Below, in pieces: positions 62,363-64,000 of a stretch of 64,000 nucleotides of DNA; position 1 is the stretch's first letter, and every line of letters begins with the position of its first letter. The stretch comes from the human T2T-CHM13v2.0 reference genome, Homo sapiens, in assembly GCA_009914755.4 (NCBI GenBank), contig CP068257.2:31584001-31648000 (forward strand), given 5' to 3'. The notes under the pieces were generated by a model. The model was not told the DNA's origin. It searched no databases and worked only from the letters and a program-made list of their open reading frames with translations. The translations under genes and the position numbers were made by a program.

Positions 62363-63012
<650 letters not shown>

Positions 63013-64000
63013 CAAAAAAAGAAGTGTCTCTATATGGGGAGTGGTCTTTATGCCGGTCCCTGCTCTGGACCCCCATGACCCCTACAGTTACATCCTCCCT
63101 GGTAGAGAATGATGCTAGGATGCCTTTCTTCCCTTTCCCAATTCCATCCCAAGCCTGGGTAAAAACGTCTTACTTTTGGAATCATAAATTATCAAAGTTA
63201 GATTATATTTTCTAATGGTACCTTTACAAAAACAAAGGAAAGATGAACAGAAAAGTAAGTTTCACAATAGTTAAAAGTACAAGTTTTTGCTCCTATAATT
63301 GCTAACTGGCTTACCAGGTCCTAACTTGTCCCAAATCCTGTTAGCTCCCATCCATGGAAGTTCCCTTTAGAGCCTAGGTACAACACGGTTAAGCAGCTTG
63401 TCAAAAAGTCATACAGGTCATGAGTGGCTGAGCAAGGATTCAGACCCAGGCTCTTGCTTCTGTGCTCTTAGCAACTACTACCCAATATTGGAGATTTGCC
63501 TCTTGAAGTCTATGTATTTTAGTGATAGGAAAGTGTTTCCAGGCATCATGCATAACCTATTTATACTTGCTTTGGCAAAGTATTCCAACAAGTTTTCTTG
63601 TCTGGTTTTCAGACGAGCACTTTAGAATGATGGAAGCAGGTCCATTAACAGCCCTGAAAAAGTAACAGCAGCCAAAGAAGAATACAGGACATAACTCAAA
63701 CACCATGATTGCCTGGAACCATTTATGAATCATTCTATAGTTATTATTGAGTACATCTGTGTAACAGCTGCATTCTGAGCACTGAAGCTACAACAATGAA
63801 CGAGACAAAATACCTCATGGAGCATATATGTGCTAATCAGGAATACAGATAATAAATAAATAGATACATATTACATGACAGGTAGTGACTATGGTTCTTA
63901 AGAAGACTGAAGCAAGGCAATAGGACAGAAAGTAATGGGAGCTGCACTTCTACATAGAATGGTAAGATACAGTCTCTCTGAGGAAGTAGCATTTGAGCAG

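Overview
This window is human genomic DNA, not prokaryotic. It carries the chromosome 21q22.11 class II cytokine-receptor cluster on the + strand: most of IFNAR2 followed by the 5' third of IL10RB. I do not see a previously undescribed biological system here. The locus is well known, and the six-frame ORF track is mostly noise from Alus, GC-rich CpG islands and low-complexity DNA.

IFNAR2 (interferon alpha/beta receptor subunit 2):
- A promoter CpG island lies at about 14.4-15.7 kb, with a non-coding exon 1 ending at the donor 14974|GT.
- Coding exons 2-9 span 26705-48296. The last exon carries the 219-residue cytoplasmic tail and ends at TGA 48294-48296.
- The exon translations reproduce the IFNAR2c protein as I recall it, residue for residue.
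- An antisense partial Alu at 47356-47511 provides the known alternative terminal exon of the short isoform IFNAR2b.
- Skipping the transmembrane exon joins exon 7 to exon 9 and gives the reading ...ESEFS-stop, which is the known soluble isoform IFNAR2a.

IL10RB:
- The IL10RB promoter CpG island lies about 2.2 kb downstream of the IFNAR2 3'UTR, at about 50.85-51.56 kb.
- Exon 1 begins at ATG 51261 (MAWSLGSWLGGCLLVS). Exon 2 is 53187-53310 and exon 3 is 61389-61546.
- The remaining IL10RB exons lie beyond the window.

The first 14 kb or so is intergenic and dominated by repeats:
- an old L1 on the minus strand (ORF2 N-terminus at 8904-9101);
- an LTR-like repeat inserted into that L1, itself carrying a young AluY with a clear target-site duplication;
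- a second copy of that LTR-like repeat at about 1.4-1.9 kb.

Across the window I count about 40 Alu elements, many with recognisable target-site duplications. Other repeats include:
- (GT)n microsatellites and a (TCTA)n STR;
- a 62-bp minisatellite of about 11 copies in IFNAR2 intron 1;
- an ERV9/LTR12-type fragment with tandem CCAAT-box repeats in intron 7;
- two homologous LTR-like elements bracketing exons 2-7.

All coordinates were counted by eye and may be off by a few bases. Repeat family names other than Alu and L1 are tentative.
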